From assembly GCA_037447605.1 (NCBI GenBank), contig CM074822.1, forward strand, positions 1,821,492-1,885,491: DNA of 64,000 bases, read 5' to 3'. The DNA comes from Zygnema circumcarinatum SAG 698-1b (Eukaryota > Plantae > Zygnematophyceae). The notes below the pieces were generated by a model. The model did not search any database. It was not told where the DNA came from and was given only the letters and a program-made list of their open reading frames with translations. The translations under genes and the position numbers were made by a program. Below are positions 1-25,678 of this stretch, piece after piece (the stretch's first letter is position 1; every line of letters starts with the position of its first letter).

Positions 1-46
1 CAATCGCAAGGAACACTCTACATTCGATGTTTGTTCCGAACCTCTA

Positions 47-569
47 TTGGTCAAGGCCCTTCAGGTGCAAGTAGGAGCAGGTGCCCACGTGGCATCACCG
101 CATGCAGTCCGGACTGGAGACCAAGACGAGGACTTGTACGAGGTAGCACAGGGGCCGAAAACACACCGTGACTTGGAGGAGGTTTCAAAGACTGCCATAC
201 TGGAAGGGCTATTGGGGAGGATAAGCAGTGATTCTGAGCGGGATCTGCAGGCTGATTTGGCAATGCATGCAGCGGCAGAGACAGTGCAGGAGGAAAATGA
301 GTGGAGAGAGGTGAATGGTGGCAAAAGCAATGACGATTATTTGGAAGGGTTGGAAGGCAAGGAATGTGATGCTAGGAGTGGTGCTTTTCTGGTTTGGGAT
401 GAGGAGTTGTGCCGCAAAGAGATGCCACGTGGCAAGGTGAAAGAGATTATCGAAGCTACGCAGGCTATGGAGCTACTTGCAACCCACTTGGTAGGCTGCC
501 TATTTCTCGTCCCGACGTGCCACTTTTGCTTGACTAGGGCCCTCTTTGTGGTTTAATGATTAGATTAAA

Positions 570-610
<41 letters not shown>

Positions 611-1386
611 TGTTTAGATTCGCTGCATCTAGAAGTACAGACCAGGCTTCTGGAATTCAACGTTTTCAAACCTCCTCCATTGCTCCGGTTGTTGTGGGCT
701 GTCAGATCACGCAGTAAGTGCCTTTAGATGGATGTGTGCAGTTTGGTTTTAAGCTGTTGAGTAAGAGTGTTCCATCTTAGAGCAGAGAAACTGGTTCGTT
801 TGGTCGAATTGTGGACTAAGAAGTTTTTCTTTCCTTTGATGTGCTTTCAATGTTCAGGGCTGGGAGTGGTGCTATAACGAGCTTATTCTTGAGAGACTAT
901 GGCCGCCATTGGCAAAGGGCGCCCCTTCTCCAAATCTTGCTGGCAATGTTCGGCTGATGGGACGTCTCAGCCGGTGAGCCCTCCTCTCATCTTAACCGCC
1001 GGTAGCAGAATGCCATTGTCTTACGCCCTGAGTCTTACCTACCCTGTACGCTTTTGTACAAAAACGGAACGCAAAAAGTCCGTGAAAGCTTCTGTTAAAA
1101 AATAGAGCCTCAGGTGAGGGTATCCATGTGATGTTGAAACTTGAAAATAATAGAATTGTGTGGGTTCCCTTGCTGACTGAATACCACTCTGGCAAGCAGG
1201 CTTGGCTTCCTCCCTGATGGGACGGAGCTGCCGGGAGTGGCCCACATAAGAGCCGCCCTTCGCCACATCCTTGAGATCGGAGGCGAGGAGCAGCCGCAGC
1301 CCTTCTCCTCCACTGCTCGTGCGGCAGCCACGGCGGCCCTGAAGGCCATGGCTGCCATGGCTGGCTGCTCGCTAGGCAGTTCGCAG
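47..1386 (+). CDS. 3' portion of a MEE22 (maternal effect embryo arrest 22)-like protein; begins upstream of the window and its last exon is uncertain
   Basis: Exons <47-490, 858-973 and 1200-1386 join through GT-AG sites into ...TQAMELLATHL-GWEWCYNELILERLWPPLAKGAPSPNLAGNVRLMGRLS-RLGFLPDGTELPGVAHIRAALRHIL. From memory this resembles the Arabidopsis MEE22 C-terminal region (VELIACYTAWDWT...LLGQLSSIGVDAGGYENEGISNLR). Not confirmed by a search. Confidence 0.55.
570..609. repeat. (GTT)n microsatellite, intronic
   Basis: About 13 GTT units read directly. Confidence 0.95.
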
Positions 1387-1449
1387 GTCATGGGATATCC
1401 GAGCATTTTGAGGCAGTGCTCTAGCTAGAGCGAGGTTTTGTGTTGCAAA

Positions 1450-1795
1450 GGGTTGAAGGTGTATTTTACCTCGTCTCTTTCTCTTTCTGCTCTCGTTTGT
1501 TTTCTTGTGTACTCTCTCTTTTCTGCGCTCTCTTTCTGTTATTTCTCTCTCACACTCTTCTCCGCTCTCAGCTATCTCACTTTGTCGTCGTACCCTATCT
1601 CTCAGTTTTCCCTCTCGTCTCAGTTTTCTCTCCACTCTCTCTCCCCCTCTCGTCTCTGCTCTTTCCGCTCTCTGCTCTCTCTCTCTCTCTCTCTCTCTTT
1701 TCTGCTCTGCTCTCTATCACTCTCTCTCCCTCTCGTCTCTGCTCTCTCTCTGCTCTGCTCTTCCTCTCTCTCTCCCTCTCTCTCTCTTTCTCTCC
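1450..1795. repeat. CT-rich polypyrimidine low-complexity tract
   Basis: (CT)n and CTCTG runs. The S/L-rich ORFs listed here are artefacts of the tract. Confidence 0.9.
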
Positions 1796-2039
1796 GAAAA
1801 GGTTTCAGGCAACGAGGTTGGAATAGCGGAACTGATTTTCGACAGAAGCACCTGCTTGGTGATGAGCATAAAGGGCATGGCGATGATCTGAAACTTGTAG
1901 CCGTTTTTTTGACGGAGCTCAAGTACATTCCATTTCCAACATTTTGGAAACCTACTGCAGCACTGTAATCTACGGCTCGACGTCTCTCTTCTTTTGGGCA
2001 AAAGTGAACACACGAACTGGGAACCTTCCCTGCAACCCA

Positions 2040-5000
2040 TCAAGTCAGCTCCAAGTTTCCATGTGGTTCCGTGGAACTGTTTTGACCCCGTTTTTTCAGC
2101 ATGGTGGCCTCGGCAGCGTGTATGCACTCCGCCATGGAACAGTTCGTCTTCACGGAATTCGACTCCACATGGGAACGACTCGCCTTATAGCCACGCTGCA
2201 CCGCACAGCCAACACGTGACAGGGATCGTTAGAGAGCTGCTGCAACCAACTGCGGTCCGTTCCAAGAGGCCTAAGCAGGATCAGCAAGCTTGCAAGCCCA
2301 AAAATGAAAGACAACCGAACAAATTGCAATAAAAAAACAGCATCGTACTCTTTCAAACTTCGATTCTGGAGAAATAAAATGACTCCTTGCACACCTCATG
2401 AAGGGCCGCAATGAGATCTTTGCGGCGAGGAGTGGGAATTCGCCCTATGCGTGCTATCTGCACATCGCAGCTTACACCACACTCTTTGCCTGATCATCAG
2501 CTACAAGAATGTTAGGGTTTTAAAACTGAAGACGCAGGCAGGCTAGGCCCTAAGAGCCCCACTGAATCTAGCATAGGAGAAATATTACAAAGTTAGGCCT
2601 CGCCCAGCACCTGATCGAGGTGAATGTATCCCGGCAAAAGCTCCGGATCGCTCTCCTCCGCCATGATGCCCAGCAGTTCCGCCAACTCCTGAGACTGAAA
2701 CTGAAACTGGCCGGCCCCCTTCTGCATGGAACGGCTCGAGCTGGCGGACCCCTTTGATGGCGAGGTGGGATTGGTCCAGGACCACTCCTCGGCCAGGCGA
2801 GCCATGGCTGCCACGTCAGCACGAGAGTGCAGGGGACCCGTCCACATTGGGCCAATCACAGCCATCTGGCGAGGCTGGACAGAAGTAAGGGAAAAAAAAG
2901 GGAGGGAATGTGAAAAAAAAAATAAGGAAATGCTCAGTTACGGTAAAATCTGACGAAAGATCAAGGGCTGCTGAAAAAAAAATGCTTCAAAATGCTTTTT
3001 TGGTGTTTCAATGAATGCATGTGTGATGCCCTAATGCCCTCATCTTCCTGCAATGTGGGACTGCCACCTGGCAGCGGCTAGTAAGGCTCACCTCATGGCC
3101 ATGTACAGATGATCTGCAGAGGGCGCTTCCAAGCTCTGACCACTCAAGGGTGGCTACATTGCCACAAGCGAAGCAATGGGCGATAAATTTGTAATTTCTG
3201 TAACGGTCAACCAGAAGTCACGGATCATTTGCCATCAGAACTAACATCTCAAGTCGAATTTCCACAGCAAACCAACAGTTTAATGAGATGGCTATTCTAG
3301 GATGCAGTTCAGAGTTTCAACAGCACCGTCAAAGTAGTTACCAATCACGTACAATGAGATGGTAGAAGGGGAGGCAGAAGGCCTTACTTACGAAGCCTTC
3401 CATTGTTTTTGAGGGAGCACGCGCAGAAGTGTGCGAAAAACGGGTCCGTGAAATGAGTAATGCGAAAAGACGGGTTGAACCGTCAATCCCCTCGTAGCGG
3501 CTTCTCTGACAACCCCTCCTATAAGCATTCGTAGACCAAGTTCATTTGCATATGGAAGGGGGCGAATGTATGCGCCATAAGCACCAAGCGACCTGTTCCA
3601 TGCGGCAGGTTTTCAACGGAGGATTAACTTCTCAGTTCCTCACTTTATCTTCAGTTCACCCCCTTACCCACCCCTCTCTCCCCNNNNNNNNNNCCCCCCC
3701 CCCCCCCCCCCCCTACCCTCGCTTTAGCTGCCTCCCCTCTCTCTCTCCCCCTCTCTATCTCTCTCTCTCTTTTTTTTCCCATTTCAAAGAGTCACTTGCG
3801 CACCATAACCTTCTTGTCACAAGAGCAATTCAGAGAAAGGAATTCCACACATACCGGAAAGGAGCATGGCCGCCGGAAGAAAAGCCATCAGTTGACGTAG
3901 CATATAGTAAGCCGCCACGACGGATTGCCATTAAGGCTGAACCCAAAAACACCGAGTCGCTCCCAAATGAATCCACATCAATGAGGTCATAGTAATCTTT
4001 CACCTGTCAATTGCAAAACTTGAAACTCACATATGAAGTTATTCAACCATTTATTAGACGAGCCTCGCCTTATAAGGCTCAATGAGGAAACGAACAATAA
4101 CAATAAAGTGGTCCCAAGGACAACCTTGCCCAAATAAAACAAAAACTTGAATTTCCTTGTTACTGACAGAGCACACACTGTATTCCTCCACAGCAATTCG
4201 ATATAGAAGCAGAACGCGTCTACTGATGTGTTAAGAAAACAAAAAGTTGATGATTAGAAAACGAATAGTTAACGTTTTACGATGCGGAACGCCGATACTA
4301 TCTTCACCAAAGTCGACCTATTGCAGTGGATTTCCTCATATAAATTTATTGACAAGTGTAGTGACTTACGTCAGCCCACCTGATAGCAGTGGAACAATAT
4401 CCGATTGGCATCCTCATGAGTAATCCTCCATCGGTCAGACTCAACAGTCAACCCACTGCTGCCATCTCCCTCCCAGTTCCAGCGTACTGATGCGGCACCT
4501 CCTTCAGCTTCATTCCGACCCCTAAACCTTTTGCTGAATTCAACTGCATCAATTAAGCTATCACTACTTGCGCCGCCATTGTCAACACACACATCATCCA
4601 AAGCTTGGCCTGTAACGCTCGCATGTTCACATCCCTCAGCTTCACTCCTGCTTCCCGTCTCCTGAGCCCCACCTGCGTGTGTGAGATTGTGCAGGAGAGC
4701 GGGATGTGTGGCGGGGCTCGCATCATTCGCCCACACAAAGTCTGCTCCGGCATGCACCATATACCGAAGAGCCCGCACCCCACTTCCACACATTACATCC
4801 ATCACCCTTAAACTTCCAACGCTTTCCCGATACAGCGCTGCGGCGAGCATCGCAAGGTCCCTCCCAAGCGCACTCTCTCGCCGATAAAAGGAATTCCCCA
4901 AGATAAAACTCGCTCCCCTTTCACTGCTACCTCCTTCCACCCCTCGTTCTGAGCCTCCAGAGGAAACCCAACTCCCATCCTTTCCATCAGGGACCCCACT

Positions 5001-5153
5001 TGCGGCCTTCACTGCAATGCCATTAAAATTACCGCTCCTGCAACTCCTCCTCTGGCATTTCCCTTTCTCTCCCTCCTTCACCATCTGAACCTCTCCTCCT
5101 CTCCGTCCATTCAACCTCAGCCCCATGCCCGCCAGCCGCCCCGCCTCCGCCAT
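2040..5153 (-). CDS. TRM1: tRNA (guanine-26-N2)-dimethyltransferase, Trm1 family (similar to the plant At3g56330 type), with a probable organellar transit peptide
   Basis: Seven exons: 5153-4380, 4003-3855, 3592-3392, 3197-3092, 2874-2611, 2457-2395, 2195-2040. Motifs: SFYRRESALGRDL, VMDVMCGSGVRALRY, YDLIDVDSFGSD, GGLLYATSTDG, ELGLRMLIGG, HGPVFR, HCFACG, GPMWTGPLH, EESDPELLPGY, GYKASRSH, KTNCSM. Confidence 0.93.
3684..3693. other. Assembly gap (10 N) within a poly-C tract in a TRM1 intron
   Basis: Run of n flanked by C homopolymer. Confidence 0.95.
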
Positions 5154-5365
5154 GGCTACGCGCTGCCAGCTGCTTCCCCAGAGAGAGGGCTGTCTCCAAC
5201 CTTGGCGCTCATTCCATGCACCCTCAGTTACAGTTACAGTTTCACAAACTCACGGAGCCGCCCGTTCCCTGGCGCCGCGTGCAGCATCATCCGCCACGCG
5301 GCACCCCCTGGCCGCTTTTTGCTCTGCGGTGAGGAAGGCGGGAGAGGTGAGTGGAGCTCTCAAAC

Positions 5366-7621
5366 ATGGCGGCCATGGCGTCCTGTGGAGTGCGCCTCTC
5401 CCCTGCGACTGCTGCCGCATTCCCCGCCACCGACAGTGCCTCTTCCTCCTCGTCTTCGTCCTCCTCCTCCTTCCTCGCCTCCTCCTTCCGCGGCCTCCCT
5501 ACTGCTCGCCATGGCTCCCTTCAGAAGGCTGCAGCCCGCCTTGGGGCTGCTCCTTTAGGACGCCACGTGGCACGGAGGCAGCCCGGTGTTGTATGTGGAC
5601 TGGCAGACTTTGTGGGTGGGGACCTCCTTGGCTTCGACCTTGGAAGGTGGTGCGAGGAGCTGGAGAACTATGGCTCTCTGGGCTTCTACGCGCCCCCGGA
5701 GGGAGGCGCTGAGGGCCGCTACGCCACCGTGTTGAAGGAGAAGGGCTACCGCCTCATGAACATCTCCGCCAGGGGGCTGGGGGACCCCGAGGCCTACCTC
5801 ACCAAGGTCCATGGAGTCAGGCCGGTGAGGGAGACTTTAGCTGCTCTTGTGTTTTCTTATTTTTGTGAGATGTTTGTGGGCGTTAAGCCGCTGCATTGTG
5901 AATTGGGGTTTGCATCTGGAAGAGAGTCCCCTCTTTCTAGATTTGTTTGGCAGCGGTGCACGCTGCGGATCTGTTTGTCACCAGATTCGTCTGTGTTTGA
6001 GACTTGCCTTCCTTTAGCGGTTGGGAGTTCGCACAGGTTTGTGCGGAATACTCGGTTTTTTCCAGTGCATGTACCAGGATGCATGTCTCGTTGCCTCTAA
6101 CGTCATTCTTTGTTCGTAAGACGCGTCAGCAAAACTGAGTGGACGCTGTTTTCGGAACCTTGCAATGCATGGAGCAATTCATTGTTCTTCCCGATGACTG
6201 AGGAGAATGTCTTATCCTCTCATTCAGGAGCGTGAACGCTTTAGCTAGTGCGTGTGTTAGTCTTCGATGGGGACGAATTCACGTACGTCAGGAAGCTGAT
6301 GTTCTGCAGTACCATATTCCACGGATGCTATCGTGATCATAGACTTCATCTAGTTTTTCCTTCGTCTGGAGGGATGCAGTTCGATCAGGTCCTTTAATCT
6401 AGCATATGATTTTCCGGGGTTCATTTTTGCAGCCTCATCTAGGAAAGCAGGCTGTTGCACGATGGTACTTGCCCCCAGAAGTCGACTACCGACTCTCTAC
6501 CCTTCACAAGGATGACAAGGGCTTGGTCCTTTGGATTGGAGAGGCCAAGGTACGCTACCATGTGAACCTGCAACGAATTGTGTATGGTACTATGATAAGA
6601 ATTGTGGCGATCTGCTCAGAGTCTCACCTTCTGAGGTGATTTTAGGCAATTTGAAAATGCTTTTGTTCCGTTGTTTTCTAAGTACTAGAGGTTTCTTTTG
6701 CATCATCATTGGCTAAGTGCATTATGTGTGAGACCTATAGCGCACATCCACACAGTGGCATCGATGGTCGCTTAGTTTGTGTTGGTTTTGGTTTGACAAA
6801 ACTGGAAAATGGAAGCTATGATCTACATTCTGAACTCTATTGCTTTATTGTCGCATGGTCCAGGTGCTAGCGAAGAATGAGCTTCAGTTTTTGGCAATTC
6901 TTCCTGCCATTCGGCCAAATGTGAAAGTGGTGTGCGAAATGGGCGGAGCGTAAGCCCACTCTAACCCACTTGCTGGTTCAGTTTCTGATTCGACCCCATG
7001 CTCCACCTGCCTGCTCAGAGGCATCTATTCCCTGACTTGTTTATGCACATCAAGAAGTCTACTTTAGTAGACTGACAGTAGATTGACAGCTTCTCTTCAC
7101 CTTATGCCTTTCAAAAAAATAATTCATCCGTGCTTTTTATTGACGCATTCGTGAGGTCCTCGACTGCACAAGAGCCTCTGATCCCCCTCATCACTTGATC
7201 CTCGGCTTATCTTCGCTGAACACAACCGTTGCAATCTCAACTCGTTTTCTCTATGTACACGTCACCTGAAGACTTTGCTTTTGTCCTGTCTGACATGACT
7301 TCAGACTAAAGAAACCTCTCTATTGAACAAGTTCTCCGAATGTTTTAAAATATCCCTCTCTAGGTCAACTCAACGACCTGCAAAGCAAAGCTCGATCAGG
7401 AGTCTGAAAATCCTCATGTTCTTGCATGAGTTTTGCAGCAGATTTTGCACCTACTCTACGTCCTCAGTGCTTACAATGATAGGGTTATGGATGCATGATG
7501 CAGGCGAAAGCTTAACTGGAAGCCGCTCAAGGAAATCTGTGGCCTCCCTATCCCCAAGGTCACGCTTACGCCGGCTGAAGTTCCAGTACCGGCTGAGAAG
7601 GTCCCTGTGAGTGCGGAGTGA
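5366..7621 (+). CDS. NdhN: NAD(P)H-quinone oxidoreductase subunit N, chloroplastic (NDH complex)
   Basis: Exons 5366-5824, 6433-6549, 6864-~6951 and 7504-7621. A Ser/Ala-rich transit peptide is followed by DFVGGDLLGFDLGRW, PPEGGAEGRY, SARGLGDPEAYLTKVH, PHLGKQAVARWYLPPEVDYRL, LVLWIGEAKVL, ELQFLAILP and WKPLKEI. Confidence 0.95.
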
Positions 7622-8480
7622 GTGTGCACTGCTTCGAACTGAAGCTGCTGCAGTTCTATGTGCTGGGAAGACGGGGAGGGAGGACTCCATCTTGTGAATG
7701 TGAGCGTTAGTATAAACAAGATTGTGGCTACGCCTCTGTAAATTTTCAGAGGCCATAACAAAGGTTTGCAGTCTGGGAAGTAGCATGGGAGTGGTTCGCC
7801 ACTCGCTGGAATCAGCTGTTCCGTGTAGTGAACGTGGATATGCTTTCATTTTCAGTTGGAAGGGAGGGGCATCGGATGGCTTGTAATTGCCGTCCTTGAT
7901 CGGAGCTCAACTAGTATGACGTTACCTGAACTGCAGACCTGTAACAAATAACTGTGTAATCAATTTATGTGTTTCCAATACCGTTGAAGCTTGAAACGGC
8001 ATCCTCTAGAAGAAAACGGCTACTGGACTCCTTGGGTACCTTGATATGGGTTCTTAGGAATGATTTTTGGGTTGCGAACATTTACAGGAACCATGCATTT
8101 TATGTCTCCCGTTTTCAAAAGTTAAAAAGTCGTAGAAAGTCCACATCACAACAACAGCGACGCTCAGCGGTAATCCTTTATTGCAATATGTACAGTTAGC
8201 AGTACTGCCGCTTAAGACGTCCTTTCAACGCTTTTGCGGAAACAACAATCAGCTGCTCCTGAAATAAGGCAAAATTTGAGGTGAATGACGGGCTGCAGCA
8301 ACACAGAAACCGCTCAGACATGACTTAAACCTGAAATGAGACCAAATGAACGGCCTTAGGTGAAGCATAACCCTCCGAAAGAGCCTCTTGCTGGGATGGA
8401 GGGGCCCGGAGGAGGCTCCTCCGCAGCGGCAGCAGAAGGAGGGAAAGAAATGATGATATAGACAGAGCGAGAGTGGGCCC

Positions 8481-21519
<13,039 letters not shown>

Positions 21520-21773
21520 TGCATCGTCGTGCTAAAAAGAGGAGCAAGAAAAAAGAAGTATACCTGTGTTGAATCATACGTGGGAACGTCCAGGGTTCGT
21601 CGGTAAGCATGAACACAGAACAAGGAGCATGACCAGTAGCCACGAAAACCTAAAACGATGCCGAGCCTTGAACAGTGCAGCTCGGCAAAGATGACACCGA
21701 CAGGAACCTGCAGAGCTAGACAGATGCCAGTCCACCCCTGTCAGGGTTTGGCTGCAGTAATGCAAACAGAACC

Positions 21774-21810
21774 AAACCCTAAAAGGTGGACTAACCCTAA
21801 AACGACTTGA
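21774..21810. promoter_or_regulatory. Two telo-box-like AACCCTA motifs upstream of the EAF1 start codon
   Basis: aaaccctaaaa at ~21775 and taaccctaaaa at ~21792. Telo-boxes are known plant promoter/5'UTR elements; function here is unverified. Confidence 0.4.
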
Positions 21811-22964
21811 AATAACCTAACGAACGGGTTGCGGCTTAATCACCATAAGAATCCACATAGCATCCATCTTATACACGCATAAACAAGATTCGCAACGAAC
21901 ATCGAGCGGACACTATTCTCGCAACCCTAATACTATTCTGCAACACACAGACTTCTGCGAAATACTTTCTACTGCTCAGCCATAACAGAGACATATCAAT
22001 TTCATTCTGCTCTGAAAAGTAGCATACCTAAAGTATGAATGACTGGCAGAAAGCCCGGGTTAGATGTTCTCAGCAATATATCCCATTTCTAGTTCCATAG
22101 CAGCATCTGAGGCCTGGTGAGGCCCCGCCTTTCGTCCGTGGCCACTTATACATGGCGAATATGATTCAACTGATCATCTTGATGTACTCGAGCAAGACAA
22201 TCGCCAATCATTATCCGGTTTCCCGCATGCTATGCATCATCCTTCATGGCTGCAACGCAGCGGAGCAGGAGCTGCCCCTGCAGAGCAGCTTCGTCTCCAT
22301 GTGGCGCAGTTTCCGTCGCCTGCGATGATGGCAGCGCAGCGTGGTGCTATCTATGGCTCGAGGACACTCCTCTGCTCGAGGCGGCACTTCATCAAACCTC
22401 TTCTTTGCCGTTCGAAAGTTGTTGCTCGTTTACACAAGCATACACAATGTTTGTTAAACAAAATGTTGCACATGACAATGTTGATGTCTTAAAGTGTGGT
22501 TGGGTTTATGAAAGCCTTGAAGAGCGAACTCAAGATTGCCAATTCATTCACTCAAGACCAGTTTGTTTGGTTTTACTGCTTTACTTTAGGACGTTTTGAT
22601 GTAATCAGCATTGTAAGCAGCATTTTGTGATGGGCCACCTCCATGTCGTTCCAACGCAGGGGGTTTCAAAACATTGTGATTCTTATTGTTTCACATTCAA
22701 AGACCATCCCATAATGGATACGGCATTTTGAGAAGGAGACAACGGTCAGAGAGGCTACAAGCTCCATTAACGTTCTGTAATTCCAGAAACGGCTCAGATC
22801 AGCTTTTACATCAGCAACAGCTATCAGTAGAACTATGTACAGGGCTGCTTCAGACCCTTCCTGGAACTTACATCCCCATTATTGACTTTGTTGCTGCTAC
22901 CTACAGCAGAAAAGAACCTCAGTTTAGTTGCAGGCGCTTTATTACACCCTGGAGCAAATCCTGC

Positions 22965-25678
22965 TTATGAAGCAACAGCTTTTTCAAACGCCTTCACAAA
23001 AACTTCTGCTGGTTGAGCTCCCGAGATAGTCGTCTTTCCAACCTGCAAGACCATAGGGAGGAATGAATGAGGCTAGACTAATGGACTTTTATGGGAATCG
23101 TATTCGCACATGTAAGGAGTAAAGATGAAAGGTACAGCAGGCATACACTGCCATTCAAGTTAGCAGATGATCGAGTTTCTTCAATGCGTGAAATAGCAGG
23201 GCAGCAAAAGACGGCCTTACTCTGAAGAACGGCACTCCGGTCACATCTTTGGCATACGTTGTCAAACCCTCCACCACCTGCATTGGCACCACAGCCACGC
23301 ACTTAGAGAATGACAAAGGCTTTTGTCTTTGTGAAAGACAAAAGCCACAAGTGCCTTTTTGCCCTTCTGGGTACACGACGTTTGTTGACCAGAGAACATA
23401 GTAAAAAGCCCCTGAACTAAGTTGTCACCTCAATTAAAATTTCAATGATTGTAAATCCAAAGCAGTCAAGCATGGCGTTAATGTCACGCCAAAGTTGACG
23501 AGTTGTGCCTCCAGAATCAGTCAATCTAGGAAAGACGAGAAGCAATTCCCAAAAGACATAAGGGGAAGCAAACATTGACCAGCAAGGCAACGATATCGGC
23601 GGAAAACGTACTTCTCGGCGGCCTGCATTTGGGTCCTCAAGGAACTCCTTGGCACCAGCAATCCCAACTTTTTCCGCTGCAGCCAACAGAACCGCTCTGC
23701 AACACATGGAAGATCAAGGCTACACTGATGAGTATTACCCTGAAGCAGCTAGGTAGCGAAGCTACCCATTTCTAAAGTTGAAAGGACATAAACGACGAAA
23801 CTTCCCAATAGGAGAGGAAACAGTAGGAGAAACGAGGAAACATCGCGTCGATTGGCCAGGCTTATGAGAAGGAAAGGAATAGAATCGTGATTGTTAAGGA
23901 AGAGTTGCCTGAAGACCATTCATTCATTCATTCCATTTCAGGCAATGCAAACAGATTAAAAAAAATTCGTTCTTCTTCGGAAAAAGTGAAGAAGAACGAA
24001 AAAGTAGAAAGCACTAGAAAAGACAATGACAGTGCAGGTACTGCAAAACTCACTCACTCCAAACGCTGGAAATGCACGGATATGATAGTTATGCAAAACA
24101 GATGAAGAGCGAGCGGCAGATTGACACTAGATCGTCTGACCTGTCTCCAGGGAACTTCTCTTCGCAGAAGTAGTTCCTAAAAATCTCCTCCGCTAACGCA
24201 TTCTGCTTGTCCAAACCCTGCTGCGCCGCCAACTCCAGCAGACGGTGGCAGTCCATGGTGTTTCCTCTGCAGACGCCCAGGGGTTTCGCCATCCAGATTG
24301 TGGACAATGAATGCCTCATAATATGCAGAATGAGCAACACATTTCCATCTTTTCGTTGGAGGAGAAGTAAACCTGACAAAGGTTAGGGAGAAATGAAAGG
24401 AGCAAGACGTGGGAGGAGAAACAAGGTGGAGCGAAAATCTGGACAAGCAGGAGGTCTCCAGAAAAGAAGGTCGAATCCAGCTACCGAGATAAGCCAAAAC
24501 ATGGGCGGGAGGAAGGGGAAATAGAAAGGGAAGGCAAAATTACGTTTTCCCGCCCATCTTATACTCAAGGCCCCGTTCCTCAAAAAGGCGGGCCATGTGG
24601 GCTACCATGCCCTTGACTCGCCCTTCACCAAACTTCTCATAATAGTACTGCAGCTTGTCGCGACCTTCTACAGGAGCATTGGGATTGAGAAGAAATGGAT
24701 GCCATTGGACCTGCCAAAATATGTCACAACTATGAAATTGTTCAGTTCATGCGATCCATATATCCCTTCAGTTGCTCCCTCAGCTCTTTAAAGGAAGCCA
24801 AGCGAAAAACAAAGGGAGGAAAGCGGAGCAAGGGAAACGGAATAAGCAACAGTTCTGCCTTTAAAAACGGAATAGAAACACATCCGATCCTACTAACGAT
24901 TCAACCCTGGTTATGCATCCTGCCAATGTACACATCCAGAAAAGATAAAGGCTATACCATGTCTCCTTTAAAACATCGTGCAGTGACGGGAAAAAAACCT
25001 AGTTCTTCAGCTTAGAACTCTTCAGACTTCCTCGTCTCTTACCTCCACGTTGTACTTGTCTTTAGTGGCATTAATCGCCTGCTCCAAGTTCTTCTTCCCA
25101 ATAAAGCACCATGGACAAACCACGTCCGAAGTTATGTCGACCTTCAGTGTTGGCTTTGCGTCAGCGCCACTGTTTCTCTGAGCCGCAGGCATCGCTGCAG
25201 TGCACTCACTGACCCCGTTGGCGGAACAAAAAGCCTGCCACCCAAATCAGACGAGCAGAAAAAAAACCGCATGAGTTAAAGAGCGGATGAGAAAAAGAGT
25301 AATTGCAGCAACTTACAACATTAGCCGACGGTAACACCGCATAACATACCTGATGCCGAGCAGCCGCAGAGCAAGTGGACAGCAGACGAGAGAGAGCACT
25401 ATATCGCATATGCATACGAGGGCTTGAGCGCATGCATGCACATTACTTCACTGTATCCGAGTACTGAAAGGCGCATGCATTTAGATATAAAAAGACCTGG
25501 CCGCTTCCAGCCACGGCACAGCACTGCGGCAGCGCCGCAGCTGCGAGGAAGGAGCGCGCCGAAGGTTCCCGCCTGCAGACAGTCGGTACGCCGATATACC
25601 GAACAATGCAGCGTACGATTTTGGCAGCAGAGCAGAGCAGAGCAGGGAGCAGAGAGATGGGCGGCGGCGCGTGGCCAT
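22965..25678 (-). CDS. DsbA/FrnE-like thioredoxin-fold oxidoreductase
   Basis: KVDITSDVVCPWCFIGKKNLEQAI (CxxC, ~25.1 kb), GNTMDCHRLLELA...ALAEEIFRNYF, AVLLAAAEKVGIAGAKEFL, YAKDVTGVPFF and ISGAQPAEVFVKAF; stop at 22965. Core ATG at 25192. An upstream exon (ATG 25678, MATRRRPSLCSLL...) can splice in frame. Confidence 0.88.

Noticed and set aside
1438-1968. S/L-rich ORFs and a candidate final MEE22-like exon
   Set aside because: They arise from the CT tract, and I could not choose a supported terminal exon frame.
7451-7849. 132-aa minus-strand ORF overlapping the NdhN last exon
   Set aside because: Antisense to a verified exon, with no homology cues.
22232-22599. Short + strand ORFs between EAF1 and the DsbA-like gene
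   Set aside because: No recognisable domain or convincing splice structure; likely promoter or 3'UTR sequence.
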